DNA of 64,000 nt from a virus. Its lineage: Duplodnaviria > Heunggongvirae > Uroviricota > Caudoviricetes. Made by a program: the position numbers and the translations under genes. Location: the IMG/VR virus record IMGVR_UViG_3300037400_003880; one strand, given 5' to 3'. The notes beneath the pieces were generated by a model. It searched no databases. It saw only the letters and a list, made by a program, of their open reading frames with translations, and was not told the origin of the DNA. Positions 11,225-22,850 of the stretch are shown here, piece after piece; within the stretch, counting starts at the first letter, position 1, and each line of letters begins with the position of its first letter.

Positions 11225-14031
11225 TGAATAGATTCATTATAGCTCCTGAAATATGGAATGAAATAATGAATAAAATATCGGATAGTTATGAAGGAGAAAT
11301 ATCTAATAAGATTGACCCCTTTTAGAGTGAAAGTGAAGCGCCAACTGTTGATAAATTTTTTGATATAGAGCTTTCTAACTTTTGGAATAAATCTGTTCAA
11401 GACTTATATGATGATTGGAAAGAATATTATGGAGAAGAAGACCATGCAATAAATATAAATGGTTTTACCCATAAGATTAAAGAATTTGCTCATGGAGACG
11501 CAGGATATGATTTTAATAAACAGTATGTTTAGCCACAATTAATAGGGTAGAACAATAAGTATTCTCCAGATTTTGTAGCCGCGGCGCAAGACAGTAAAAA
11601 TTTACAGTTTACTAATACTTAGCTTAAAAATAACAATTACACCTATAGGCTTTTAATGCCTAAAAATATAAGACGTGTTGAAGCAGAAGATTTAACAAGA
11701 AACTTCTGGGTTATTTCTTAGGTATTAAATGGAATAGTTAACTTCCTTTTTACTGACAATTCTCCTTATGCAAAATTTTATGAAGGGATAATTAAAGAAT
11801 TAAAAGAATTGTGGGAGAATGTTTTATTTTTATGGTTTAATGCAGAAATGCTTGGTAAGCAGAAAGTTGCAGAAGGTCTGCATATAGAATTTGTTCCTAT
11901 TGATAGTGACTCTCCATATAAAAGATAGTTTGATAACTATACCGAAAGAGAAAAAAGCGAAGAAGAAATATTAGAAATTTTAAAAGACTATTATTATAAA
12001 TATCCTGAATCAAATCTATTATTAATTCCCTATTCGCGCTCTGCTCCATTTTATCGAAATTATCATACAACTTTAAAATTTTATTTGTTATGCTTTTTTA
12101 TTAGAAAAAATAACTATGAAGTAAATAGTTGGGATGATCCAAAATGCAGGAAAATTAAAAATTTTACTAAACCTCTTGAAATTGATATTAATAATTATTT
12201 AGAAAATATTACAGCAATTAGGGAGAAAGGAAAAATACTTAGACTTGGAAGACCATTATCTAAGGTTCCTAATTTTGAAGAAAATGATGAGGGAATTTAC
12301 TATGGACAAATAAGAGTTGTTCCAGATATTAAGATTAACGATGATATAAATAATCTTGGTATAACAATGAAATTATCATTATATGACGTTGGAGAATATT
12401 ATCGCTCTGGCGAAGAGGATATAAATTCTGAAAACACATTATTACAAGCATTTTATTTTACTTGTTCAGAAAAGCAAGACGAAAGTATTGAGTATGTAGA
12501 AAGTGAAATCTTTCCAAAAAATCCTCTGCCATTTTTCAATTATCCAAGAAGAAATTATGGAGGATATAAAGGAGAAACTTTAACGACTATTCGTCACAGC
12601 ATAAAAAAAAGAAACTATATTGCTGGAGAAAAGACTTCCATTTCTTTAAAGGGAGATTTGTTTAGAGTTGGAAACTTTATGGGAGAGCTTCCTGAAGAAA
12701 ATAATGTTATTAGAGAAGGTATTTATGAATTTAGAGAACAAATTAATGATAGCCATACTCATACCAATTATTTGACAAATATTGGAATGGGTGGTTTTTA
12801 GAATGGCTCGCCTGCGCCTGAAAACTGGTCTAAACTAGGCGGAGCAGAATGGATGCCTAATGAAAGTTTATTTTACACTCCCGTAGCAAGAGAAGAGTCC
12901 AATATTAGAAAATCTCCGCAAGATAATGTTGAAGATCCATGGACTTGGGGAGGTAGCGCGACAGAATTCCATTGGACATGTATAGATGATTCTTCAAGTG
13001 GAACAATCCCTGATGATTATTGGGATAAATTAATAGCAGGAGATTCTAGTTTCATTGAAAGAAATACTTATAAAGTAGAAGAAGTTACTAAACAAAGTAT
13101 AAAATACATTGGATTAGTAACTTTAAAAAGATTGCTTTTAAATAATAATTATTTAAGATATTTAAAGAAAGTCAGGGCAATAGATTGGACTCTTGATGAT
13201 CCTATTACTTTTATGGGAGCATATGGAGTAGACACGTGGGGCGGAAAAGGAGTAGGAGATAATGGAAATGTTGCTGATTAGTTATATTGGGCAACAGTTA
13301 TTTTATCTGGTTTATATATATTTCTTCCTGAGAAATTCCTTGATTATGCAAAAGATTTTGAGAAGACCTACCCTATTAATATAGAAATTAAATAGGGTGA
13401 AAAAAATTTAGGACGTCTTTTCTTTTTAAGAGAGATAAATAAAAGTGAAATAAATTTCGGAAACCCAGATGAATATCTTAAAAGGGTAGGTGGCGTTCCT
13501 TGGAGATTAGTTAGAAATATTGGTAATAGTGAAGTTGGTGTAAACTACGTTGAAATTTTCGATGAAGAGCAGAGACTATTAGGATATATTGGGCTTTCAC
13601 AAGATGAAAGTAAAGAATATGAATAGACAATGGATAAAAACCGGTATGTTACAAATTTAATTAATAATTCTGCTGCAAGATTAAAAACGAAAGATGAAAT
13701 ATTAGTTGAATTAATTAATGGAGTATTCTCTTCAAATAATGGTATTTGGAGAGTTTATGACGGAAATGATACAAATGAAGAAGGCAATAAATCAGATTAT
13801 CTAAATTATAGACAAGTTGTTGATGCACGATATAAACTTAATGGTTCTGGAGCACAAGAGACTCTTGGTTTTAGTGCAATTGCTATAAGAAGAAGAGATA
13901 CTACATTATTTACTAATGTGGGTAATTCAACAGATCCAAACTTTGAAGAAGCAAGTAATTTGATTTGGTCAAATCGCGGCTTAATGCCAGACAGCGGAGG
14001 ATATTCTGGAAATACTTGGAATTAGGGGTGA
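11224..14031 (+). CDS. large hypothetical protein (935 aa, about 12 TAG); paralog C (EDLTRNFWVIS)
   Basis: ATG overlaps the previous stop. The frame joins track ORFs 12085-12801, 12853-13281 and 13630-14025 across TAGs and ends at TGA 14029-14031. Confidence 0.55.
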
Positions 14032-14037
14032 GAATAA

Positions 14038-14316
14038 ATGTCAGAACTTTTCAATGAACAAGTATCTTCTCATGCTCCGATTCATTCAGATGCTTATAAA
14101 TGGGAGGAGTCCAATAATGGACTCCCTCCTTTTAAAGAAATTCTATTGAATGGATAGATTGAGGAGGATAAGATTTATTTTATAGAAGATTTAAGTGGTG
14201 AATCTGGATTCTTTTAGAAGTTACTATTAGAAATAGAAGACAGGATTGAAAGACTTGAAGAGCTGATTGAGGAAGCTAGTCAAATAAGTTCAGATAATTA
14301 GGGAGATGAAAGCTAA
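14038..14316 (+). CDS. hypothetical protein (92 aa, 3 TAG), acidic and coiled-coil-like
   Basis: ATG at 14038 runs to TAA 14314-16 and overlaps the next ATG. Confidence 0.45.
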
Positions 14317-16682
14317 TGGGTATGATATTTAGAAATGGAGTTGCTTTTGGTGGGCAAGGAGGAACAGATCCTATTTCTGCTGATAGTAATTAGGTAATTA
14401 TAGGAGATGGAGCAGATTGGGCTCATGGCGGCCCACTAAAAATTATAGAAACAGAAGGAGATTTTTTTGTAAAAGATAATTATAATAGCAATCTTAGGAA
14501 TATATACATCACTTCATTGCAAGATTCCCCGGAATCTTATTATAATAGAGATACCGGCGAGACTTATTTATTTGAAGCGTATTCCTTTGGAAGCCTGCCA
14601 AAACTTACTTCAAAAAAAGACTCTGACGGTCATTATAAAGAAGTTTATTCTCAAGATACTTTTTTAAAACTTAATAGCACTTCTAAAATGCTTTTAAGCG
14701 GAAAAACGGATATTCTCATTGGGGCGCAGGAATGTCTTCCTTACTCTTCCAATGCTATGGAAACAAAAATTAAAATATTCGATGGCGCAGATATTACAAT
14801 TACTGGAACTCGCTTAACTAGTACAAGAGTTATTACAGATGCGAAATAGATAGCGAGACCAAAATTACGAGCACATGGAGAAATAAATATAGATATTGAT
14901 GATGGAAATCGAATTTGGAGAAATTGTACACACTATTCTTATTTTAATGGGGATAATTCTTCTAGATATGCATGGGGAGATGAAAGTGATATTGATATCA
15001 TAGGGCCGGTTTTCTTAATTCACGACTCTCCTACTTTTCATATTTCTGGCTCTCCTTATCTTAATATAACAGATACTCCAGCCTTTTTATTAGGTGGAGA
15101 AGGATCTTTAATAGTTAGAGATTAGGCAATTTGTTAGGTTGAGAATGGTTCGTGCTTTTATATGGGACATGATAAACATGAGAGTGGATCTCCGATATTA
15201 GAGCTATATGGGGCAAGTCGAATTAGGGCGCAAGCGCTTGATAATGAAAAATATGGTCCATTACTTTCTATTGAAAGTTCCATGCTTAGTTTTTATGGAC
15301 AGGGAAACCAAGAAAAATCTAAAGCGATCCATAATAAAAAAGACCGTCCTGAAGACTATCGAGAGTGGGCGTAGAAAAGTAAAGCAACGGCAGATTTTCT
15401 TTAGTATATTAAAAATTTAACCTTCCCTCTTGACGAAGAAGAGGATAGTGAAGAAATTCAAGAAATTAAAAGGTTATGTAGTTATTGCTTTGGGCACAAT
15501 ACTGTTACTGATCTTTATCCTAACTATTCAGCCAAAAATTTTTATAGAATAGCTGATGGTGATATTGCGTCATTTTTAAGTAATTATCTTGAAATATCTT
15601 ATAATCCAACTTATGAAATTGAAAAAAATTCTCTTTCAAAATATATAAACATTTATTATCCGACAGATATAAAAATTTGGGATGCATATTCATATTCATA
15701 TTAGGATGAAAGGTATAATATTATAAATACAAATGGATCCATTGAAAGTCGTATTGGAGAAAATGTTGGTTTTGGTATTAGAAAAGTTACTAATCCAAAT
15801 CATAATAGAGTTTTGCTCCACTATTGTACGGATATGAGCAAAGTATATATTGAAATAAAATATTCAAAAAAAAGTTACTCTGATTTAGGAAATTATTAGT
15901 CTAATTTTGTAAATTATTATAATCATAAAGTTTCATGCTCTTATCTTCCTGATAAAGTAACAGATAATTACCCAATAGTAACAGACCCTTCTTCATATCC
16001 GATTGGAGAAAATTATGATGATATTTTATCAGAGCATAATGCAAATAAACCAGCATCAATATATGACCTTCTTTTTATTACCTCTAATGGAAAAGTTTAT
16101 TATAGAAAAGGAAATTGGTCACAATTTTTAAACTCAACAACTTCTAATTATGATTCTTTCTTAAGTAAACACGCAAACGAGCTATCAATTGATGCAATTC
16201 CTCAACTTAGATTCTATGGAAGTACAGGTTTTGATATCGGCGGTTTTGGTAGTACTTATCTTAGAATGGGTAGTCGAGACGGCGGAGTTATTGAAACTTA
16301 TATGCTAGATAATTGTAAATTTGAATTAAGAGATGATGCAGTTTTAGACGTAAGAGGCGCGACACAAAATAATGAAGTTTATTTTTCTAAGCCTGATAAT
16401 GGTGCTCTTGTCGCTGCATATGGAAAATCTACTTTTATTCTTGCTGGTATCGGCGATGGTAGATCAAAAAATTTACCTTCAAATTATTATGAAAAGAATA
16501 ACGGTTTTCCTTTCTTAGGGCTCTTTGATAATGCTGAATTGAGATTGGCAGATGGATGCTTTATTACAGCAAAAAGAGAGTCTGGATAGGCGACCTTTAC
16601 TTTCGGAGATAATATGGCTGGAGCATCGGTTTCTTTTACTATGGAAGACCTTTATCATTTAAAAGCATTATTAAGTAATTGA
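14316..16682 (+). CDS. large hypothetical protein (788 aa, about 10 TAG)
   Basis: The frame joins track ORFs 14517-14849, 15162-15374 and 16266-16589 across TAGs and ends at TGA 16680-16682. Confidence 0.55.
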
Positions 16683-16727
16683 CTTTTAATAAAAAATATA
16701 TTATAATAATTAAAAGAGGTGATAGTA

Positions 16728-17819
16728 ATGTATCGTATGGGTTCAGATGGCGGTGAATTTTATTCTTTCATCGCAACAAATTCATTACCAATTGGATATT
16801 CCGATGGCGCACCATTTATGTCTGCCAATAGACCAGTACCTTCTTTTAATTCAAAAGAAAAAATTTTAGGACAAACTTATGGATATATGGCTAATAGGGG
16901 AGAGCTCCGCTCTTCCCAAGCCTTTGATTCTCAAGAAAAAATGTACTCTCTTGGGAATAACTGGGTTTGTCTTGCGGTCGCAAATTATCAAAAGACATAT
17001 CACTCAACGGATATTCATGCGGATTATGTAAAAACTCCGACAGATAGGGATATTGCGGCATTTGTTGAGAATGCTCACAAGCGTGGGGTTAAAGTTTGTC
17101 TAAAGCCGATGGTAAATACAGAAGATGGAGTTTGGAGAGCACATATCGGTTTTCCAGATTTACATTCTGGAGATATGGATTATTATTGGAAATTGTGGTT
17201 TATTAGCTATAAAAATTTCCTACTCCATTATGCAGAACTCGCGCAAGAACTTAATTGTGAAATGTTCTGTATCGGCTGTGAGATGATTGGTACAGAGCAT
17301 CGTAAGTATGATTGGCTATATCTTATTGATGAAGTTCGCAGAGTTTATAGTGGTAAAATTGTATATAATACAAATCATGACAGAGAAGATGCACAGGATT
17401 GGTTTGACACTCTTGATTATATTGCAACTTCAGCATATTATCCAGTTGGAATAAATGGACTTAATGAAGATGCAATGATTCGAGAATGGAATAAAGTGAA
17501 ATGGCGATTAAATGCAATTGCTGATAGCAGGAAAAAGCAATATATTTTTATGGAAATTGGCTGCCGTTCTGCAAAAAATTGCGCAACAGAGCCATGGGAC
17601 TTTAATACACATATGGAGCCAAGCTTAGAGGAACAAGAGCTTTTTTATAAGACTTGTTTAAAGACTTTTATTGATGACCCACATTTTGCTGGTGTATTCT
17701 GGTGGGACTGGCCCACATATCTCTACCCAATTGATGCCGCGGCGCAAGATACAAGTTATTGTATTTATGGTAAACCAGCAGAACAGATAGTTAGAAACTA
17801 TTATAATAAGGTGAAATAA
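16728..17819 (+). CDS. TIM-barrel glycoside hydrolase-like protein (GH5/GH113-like; possible depolymerase)
   Basis: AAAGAGGTGA ribosome-binding site, then ATG at 16728. The ORF has no TAG. Motifs VKVCLKPMV, EMFCIGCEMIG and FWWDWP look like a (beta/alpha)8 hydrolase. Confidence 0.55.
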   Translation: MYRMGSDGGEFYSFIATNSLPIGYSDGAPFMSANRPVPSFNSKEKILGQTYGYMANRGELRSSQAFDSQEKMYSLGNNWVCLAVANYQKTYHSTDIHADYVKTPTDRDIAAFVENAHKRGVKVCLKPMVNTEDGVWRAHIGFPDLHSGDMDYYWKLWFISYKNFLLHYAELAQELNCEMFCIGCEMIGTEHRKYDWLYLIDEVRRVYSGKIVYNTNHDREDAQDWFDTLDYIATSAYYPVGINGLNEDAMIREWNKVKWRLNAIADSRKKQYIFMEIGCRSAKNCATEPWDFNTHMEPSLEEQELFYKTCLKTFIDDPHFAGVFWWDWPTYLYPIDAAAQDTSYCIYGKPAEQIVRNYYNKVK

Positions 17820-18326
17820 TGGCGAATAACGATGATATTATTTATGATATAATTAATAAAGAAGTTAAGTCTGATTTACCTCAAGGGTCTGGAGAAAAAG
17901 ATTACAATTTTGTCTTTACAGGTTTTGATGATGAAGCGTATCATTAGGGTAATAAGCCATATGTCTTTATTGCTAAGCTAACAAATAAAAAAAAGGAAGA
18001 AATTTAGTCTCGCGGCGCCACTCTCGCTCAAGAAAGTGATGACAAAGGAGTCCTTTTTGATTGGGGAGAGTTTATCTGGCATTTTGACTTCTATTATGAT
18101 GACTATATGGAAATGCTAGAAGCCGGAGAAACAAAAGACGGAAGAATTTATTTCACAAGAATAGATGATAATGAAATCATTAATTCTCCAGGAAGTACAA
18201 TTACAGAATAGGAAATGGCAATAAAAACGAGGTCTTTTAAAAAGGTAGATTATAAAGACTTACTTACAAGAATTATTACCGATATTAATGAAGCAGATGA
18301 CATTCTGAATAAAAGTCAACCTTAAA
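17819..18326 (+). CDS. hypothetical protein (168 aa, 3 TAG)
   Basis: ATG overlaps the previous TAA. The frame runs through three TAG codons to TAA 18324-18326 and is followed by a rho-independent terminator. Confidence 0.5.
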
Positions 18327-18349
18327 TGGTTGACTTTCTTTCTTTTTTG
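18314..18349 (+). terminator. rho-independent terminator (AGTCAACC..GGTTGACT plus T-run) whose 3' arm supplies the -35 of the next promoter
   Basis: Perfect 8 bp stem followed by TTCTTTCTTTTTTG. Marks the end of the TAG-dense late block. Confidence 0.7.
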
Positions 18350-18358
18350 TGATATAAT
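18330..18358 (+). promoter_or_regulatory. sigma-A-type promoter (TTGACT-17-TGaTATAAT)
   Basis: Consensus -35, 17 bp spacer and extended -10, located upstream of the helicase gene. Confidence 0.6.
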
Positions 18359-18391
18359 TTTTATAGAAAATGAAACACGGGAGGTACAGAA

Positions 18392-19477
18392 ATGAAATTT
18401 AATATTCGACAAGAGAAAGTTCTTAATGCTACTGAGCCTAAAATCTTATGTCTTGCAACAGCAGCTTGCGGCAAGACAAGGGTTTTAACAGAACGCATCC
18501 GTCTTTTAATTAATGAAAGAGGAGTATCTCCAAGAGATATTGTTGCAATTACTTTCACAAATATGGCTGCCGATGAAATGAAACGTCGTCTTGGTTCAAT
18601 TGCGAATGAAGCTTTCATTGGGACTATTCACTCTTATGGAAATAAAGTTTGTATTAATAATAACATTAATACTCAACCTTTTGTAGATAACTATGAATTT
18701 GATAAAATCCTAAAGAAAGCTATCACTATTCCCTCTGAACGTTATCCTCATATTAAGCACGTTCTAGTTGACGAGTGTCAAGACTTAAGCCCGTTAGAAT
18801 ATGCTTTTCTTGAGAAAATTCCAACTGAAAATATCTTTTTTGTTGGCGATAATCGACAGGCGATCTATGGGTTCAAGGGATCAACAGATGAATATCTTGT
18901 TTCCATGTATGAAGATGAAGCTTATAAAAAGTATTATCTTGTTGAAAACTATCGTAATGCGCAAGATATTCTTAATTTTGCAGATAGTTTAATTGCATCT
19001 TTTATTCAATTAAGTCCTAAGTCTATCCCCGTAAAGACAAAAAGTGGCGAAGTTATTAAGGAATCATTTTATGAAGCATTGGAAGAGCTTGAATATTCTG
19101 GTAATTGGGGATCTTGGTTTATCTTAACTCGCACCAATGCAGAATTGGCACAGGTTCAAGAAATGCTTGATCAGAAAAAGATTCCTAATATTACTTTCAA
19201 GAAAGGAGATCTCGACCTAACAGAGCTTGACCAACTTATGCAAAGTGATAGAGTTAAGGTTTTAACTATTCATTCTGCAAAAGGATTGGAGAATAAAAAT
19301 GTAATTGTAGTGGGCGCGCGAACTTACAATGAAGACGAGAGAAAGATTGCTTATGTAGGGGCAACCAGAGCAGAAAACCGCCTATATTGGTGTCCCGCAG
19401 TTTCGAGAAGAATTCGTGGTAGAAGAAAAGACTCTACAACCACAGGACATATTAAAACTGATATGATAGAGTTTTGA
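18392..19477 (+). CDS. SF1 DNA helicase (UvrD/PcrA-like)
   Basis: Walker A AACGKT, ITFTNMAADEM, Walker B VDECQD and VGDNRQAIYGFKG motifs. GGGAGG ribosome-binding site. No TAG. Confidence 0.8.
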   Translation: MKFNIRQEKVLNATEPKILCLATAACGKTRVLTERIRLLINERGVSPRDIVAITFTNMAADEMKRRLGSIANEAFIGTIHSYGNKVCINNNINTQPFVDNYEFDKILKKAITIPSERYPHIKHVLVDECQDLSPLEYAFLEKIPTENIFFVGDNRQAIYGFKGSTDEYLVSMYEDEAYKKYYLVENYRNAQDILNFADSLIASFIQLSPKSIPVKTKSGEVIKESFYEALEELEYSGNWGSWFILTRTNAELAQVQEMLDQKKIPNITFKKGDLDLTELDQLMQSDRVKVLTIHSAKGLENKNVIVVGARTYNEDERKIAYVGATRAENRLYWCPAVSRRIRGRRKDSTTTGHIKTDMIEF

Positions 19478-19482
19478 TATAG

Positions 19483-19692
19483 ATGGAGAATTTGGTTATC
19501 TATGATGATAATGAACTACAGATTGAGGTGGCGGGATGGTTCAATTATTATCTAAATAATATTTATGTTCCGACAATAAAGTTGAAAGATAAGCATTTTA
19601 AATCTTTGCTCCCATTTGTTACTACTCGATTATCTAAATACGATAGTCATTCATATCAAATAGCATATTGGGGCAAAGCCCCTATTTTTTAG
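19483..19692 (+). CDS. hypothetical protein
   Basis: Track ORF on the + strand. Confidence 0.4.
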   Translation: MENLVIYDDNELQIEVAGWFNYYLNNIYVPTIKLKDKHFKSLLPFVTTRLSKYDSHSYQIAYWGKAPIF

Positions 19693-19734
19693 TTTGATAA
19701 ATACATTTGTTTTGAGCCGCCCTTCGATATTTTT

Positions 19735-19983
19735 ATGAATGCTTAGGAATGTGTAAGCTCTTGTCCTTATGACATTTCTTAGAATCCAAAAGAATGTGAA
19801 GAGGCACTTGATGAATTGTACTAGTTAAAGGAAGGAGATAACTTTATTGCTCATATTTTTTACGAAAAGATTCATGAAATATAGGGATTCTTTGCTTATG
19901 TGAACTCTGAAACTTCTCAAATTTATGTAATGTTTTGGGGTTATAAACCTCCTACAGAGGAGGAACTTGATTAGTTTGTTTAA
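19735..19983 (+). CDS. hypothetical Cys-rich protein (82 aa) with 5 in-frame TAG
   Basis: ATG at 19735. Five TAG codons share one frame with no TAA or TGA until 19981-83. Not present in the standard-code ORF track. Confidence 0.5.
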
Positions 19984-20089
19984 TTTTCTGTAGATCCCTA
20001 TAGAAAATTTTACATTATATATGTCGCTATTTTAGCGATTGGCTTTTTGCCAGCGTAGTTTTCCTTTTTAATAAAAGGAGGAATTTTTA

Positions 20090-20386
20090 ATGAAGAAGAT
20101 TTTAACTGGTATTGTATTAGCATTGACTGCTATGATTGCTGTAGGTTGTACTGATAATACACCTTCAACTGTAGAGGCTCCTACCACAGAGACTACTATT
20201 GAGACTACTGTAGATGAGACCACTACAACAACTGAGGATATTATTGTAATTACTGAAGCAACAGAAAGTGACACTACAGAAGTAAGCGAAACTGAAACCA
20301 GTAAGCCTACTGAAGAGTCTACTGTTAAAGAGACAGAGACTACTGAAGCTGAAACAGAAATCGAGACTACTGAAAATTTTCAGTAA
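20090..20386 (+). CDS. lipoprotein, Thr/Glu-rich
   Basis: Signal peptide with lipobox AVGC, then TTETTIETT repeats. AAAGGAGG ribosome-binding site. Confidence 0.55.
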   Translation: MKKILTGIVLALTAMIAVGCTDNTPSTVEAPTTETTIETTVDETTTTTEDIIVITEATESDTTEVSETETSKPTEESTVKETETTEAETEIETTENFQ

Positions 20387-20442
20387 GCCGCCCAGTAAGA
20401 ATTAACCCGCAGGTTGCTGAAGCCTGCGTTATTGATAATACT

Positions 20443-21114
20443 GTGGCACCGGTTGTAACAACCAAAACAACTGAGGCGGCAACCACTACTGTAACTACTA
20501 TGACCACAGAATCGGTAGCAACAACAACTACTACTGAATTAGCTACGACAGAAATAGTTACAGAACCGTCAACTGAAACTTCGCTCAAAACTATAGAAGA
20601 AATTGCAAGAGAAGTTTGGGCAGGTCATTGGGGTAACGGCGAAGAAAGGAGGAGAAAATTAACTGAAGCTGGATATGACTACGATGAGGTTCAAGCTGAA
20701 GTCGCAGAATTGAAAAGCGAATGTTATACCCCAGTTGATAATGGCAACGACACTGGAGCATCTACTGGAAATGAGACTTATGTAAAAAGATTCACTCGCG
20801 GCACGTACTATTGCTATGGGTGCGCCAAGAGTGGTGGTTCAGGTCGAGCATTGATTGAGTGTAATACTTATAATGATATTAAAGGATCTATCGCATCAAG
20901 CTATTTGTATAATGCTTACGGATATAAATATAGCGGTGGAAGAACTATGGTTCGGCTTGAAATTGATGGGTATCCTTCTATGAATGGATACTACTATTTG
21001 GATGATAGCGATGCTGGAAATCCGAATGTTATTGATTTTTATTATGTCTATGCGAGCAACTGCCCCTTTAGAAATCAGGGCGTTGTTCAAGTGGAATGTT
21101 GGATTGTAAATTAA
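20443..21114 (+). CDS. cell-wall-binding protein with a CW_7-like motif (start uncertain)
   Basis: A Thr-rich linker is followed by EVWAGHWGNGEERRRKLTEAGYDYDEVQAEVAEL, which matches the Cpl-7-type repeat. A Cys-containing C-terminal domain follows. Confidence 0.5.
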   Translation: MAPVVTTKTTEAATTTVTTMTTESVATTTTTELATTEIVTEPSTETSLKTIEEIAREVWAGHWGNGEERRRKLTEAGYDYDEVQAEVAELKSECYTPVDNGNDTGASTGNETYVKRFTRGTYYCYGCAKSGGSGRALIECNTYNDIKGSIASSYLYNAYGYKYSGGRTMVRLEIDGYPSMNGYYYLDDSDAGNPNVIDFYYVYASNCPFRNQGVVQVECWIVN

Positions 21115-21331
21115 ACCCATAGAGAAGATAGCGATTGAAACTGGCAACTTCAATGCGCAAGCAAAAGAGAACCCAAAGTAAAAAGCGAAAATATCACATG
21201 GGAAAACTACGTTAATAAAAAGAGAAAGGCTAACATCTTATGATGTTAGTCTTTTTTTTATAGGGGGTGTATTCTTTTAATATATAAGAGAAAAAAATAG
21301 ATCATTTTAATAAAAAATTTTAGTGAAAAAT

Positions 21332-21360
21332 TTGACTTTATGATTAAAAAATGATATAAT
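21332..21360 (+). promoter_or_regulatory. conserved promoter (TTGACTTT..ATGATATAAT)
   Basis: Member of the promoter family of about 24 copies. Confidence 0.55.
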
Positions 21361-21389
21361 ATAATTAACAAAATAAAGGAGGAATGAAT

Positions 21390-21944
21390 ATGGCTGTATA
21401 CATTGCGGCAGATACTAATTTTTGTTAGAGCGATGAAAGAGACGCTGAATTAATGCTAAATTGGAATGCAAAGGTCAATGAGGACGACTTAGTTATTTTA
21501 ATGGGTGACGTTGTCTATCATGGTGCTAGTTCTTGGGAGCGAGTAGAAGAAATCTTTGACCAGCTAATTGGAAAAAAGAAATTAATTGGTATTAGCCAAG
21601 AAGAAGAAGGCGCAGAGGAATGGAGAAAAATTACCCATCATAAATGTTTTCGTGTTGATGCGGCAGTATTAGGAGAGATTAAAGGAGAGCAAACGAAAGT
21701 TTTTATTTATTCCACTCTTCACCCAGAAATTCGAGATAAGCAAATGAAAAAGAAAAATCTCTACGGCGCGGCACCGAGGTCTCTTACCGGGAATAAAGAA
21801 ATCTTTGAAGATAATATTATTAGTATTTCAATTGATGATTGGGGACTTGAACCTATTGAGTATTTCAGGATCCCTCAAATGATTGATGATATGCTATTAT
21901 TTGAATCAATGGAAACTAAGGAGGAAAAAATTGATGAAAATTAA
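21390..21944 (+). CDS. metallophosphoesterase-like protein (184 aa, 1 in-frame TAG at codon 13)
   Basis: Strong AAAGGAGG ribosome-binding site, then ATG at 21390. The frame continues through TAG into track ORF 21453-21944. VYIAADTNF...LMGDVVYHG resembles the phosphoesterase motifs I and II. Confidence 0.55.
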
Positions 21945-22170
21945 ACTTGAAACTGGTTGGTAGCTTTTTGTTTTTATTCTAGTTATGCTTGGATTACTTT
22001 TTGCAATAATTGTCTTTCAACTTTGGCTGTGGAAAATTATTTTTGTTGCGGCATTTGGTTTACCACAGCTAACTTTCTGGCAAATGGTTGCGCTAAATAT
22101 TTTTTGCGATATATTATGCTGTGGAAATAATAGATGGCTTTCAATTAAATTTAAAGGGGAGGAGTTATAA
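21934..22170 (+). CDS. small membrane protein (78 aa, 1 TAG)
   Basis: GGAGG ribosome-binding site. Two hydrophobic helices. Overlaps the ThyX ATG. Confidence 0.45.
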
Positions 22171-22850
22171 TGGGAAGAGTAACAGTTTTATCTGATACGA
22201 CAAAAACCCCATTTACTATGATGGGGAATATGGCAGGACTGTGCTGGGGTTCTCCAGTTGATAATTAGAAAAAAAATTTCAAACGAGGCTTTGAGTGTAT
22301 AATGTCAGGTCATGGTAGAGTTGAAGAATACCCACAGATTTACTTACAACTTGATGGATATTCAGCTCGTGTCATTAGAGAGTTCTATACGCATATTGGT
22401 GGAGCGCCAACCAGACTTCAAGAGTCAACTCGTTATGTCGATTGCAGCTCATTTGGCTTTGTGATTCCGCCAAGCATTTTGGAAAATGGTAAAGCCAATT
22501 ATATCTATCAGGAGACCATGCGGAACATCTCTGAGGCGATTAAAGCGCTTGAAGATTTGGGAATAAAGCGAGAAGATAGTGCGATGTTGCTGCCTCTTGG
22601 AATGGAAACTAAAGTTATTGTAAGAACAAATCTTCGTAATTTAATTGATATGAGTCATCAGCGTCTTTGCACTCGCGCATATTGGGAGTTCCGCCAACTT
22701 ATGAAGGATATTATCAATGCACTTGCAAAATATTCTGAAGAGTGGGAAATTCTTATTGATTATGACCTATTTGTACCAAAATGTCAAGTGTATGGGTATT
22801 GTCCAGAGAAAAACAGTTGTGGTAGAAGACCAAAGAAGGAGGTTGCATAA
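22170..22850 (+). CDS. thyX: flavin-dependent thymidylate synthase ThyX (226 aa, 1 in-frame TAG)
   Basis: GGGGAGGAG ribosome-binding site, then ATG at 22170 in frame with track ORF 22302-22850 across one TAG. A ThyX-like N-terminus (MMGNMAGLCWGS), YTHIGGAPTRLQESTRY, and the RHR-type region SHQRLCTRA. Confidence 0.75.

Noticed and set aside
1-18326. Interpretation of the late region as gene-poor or pseudogenised (short ORFs separated by kb-scale gaps)
   Set aside because: A single-frame reading across TAG restores long overlapping genes with recognisable enzymes. CUA suppressor tRNAs are present.
20068-20588. Minus-strand ORFs 20068-20274 and 20367-20588 (Val/Ser-rich)
   Set aside because: They are reverse-complement shadows of the Thr-rich repeats in the + strand lipoprotein and CW_7 genes. 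There is no ribosome-binding site, and all other coding is on the + strand.
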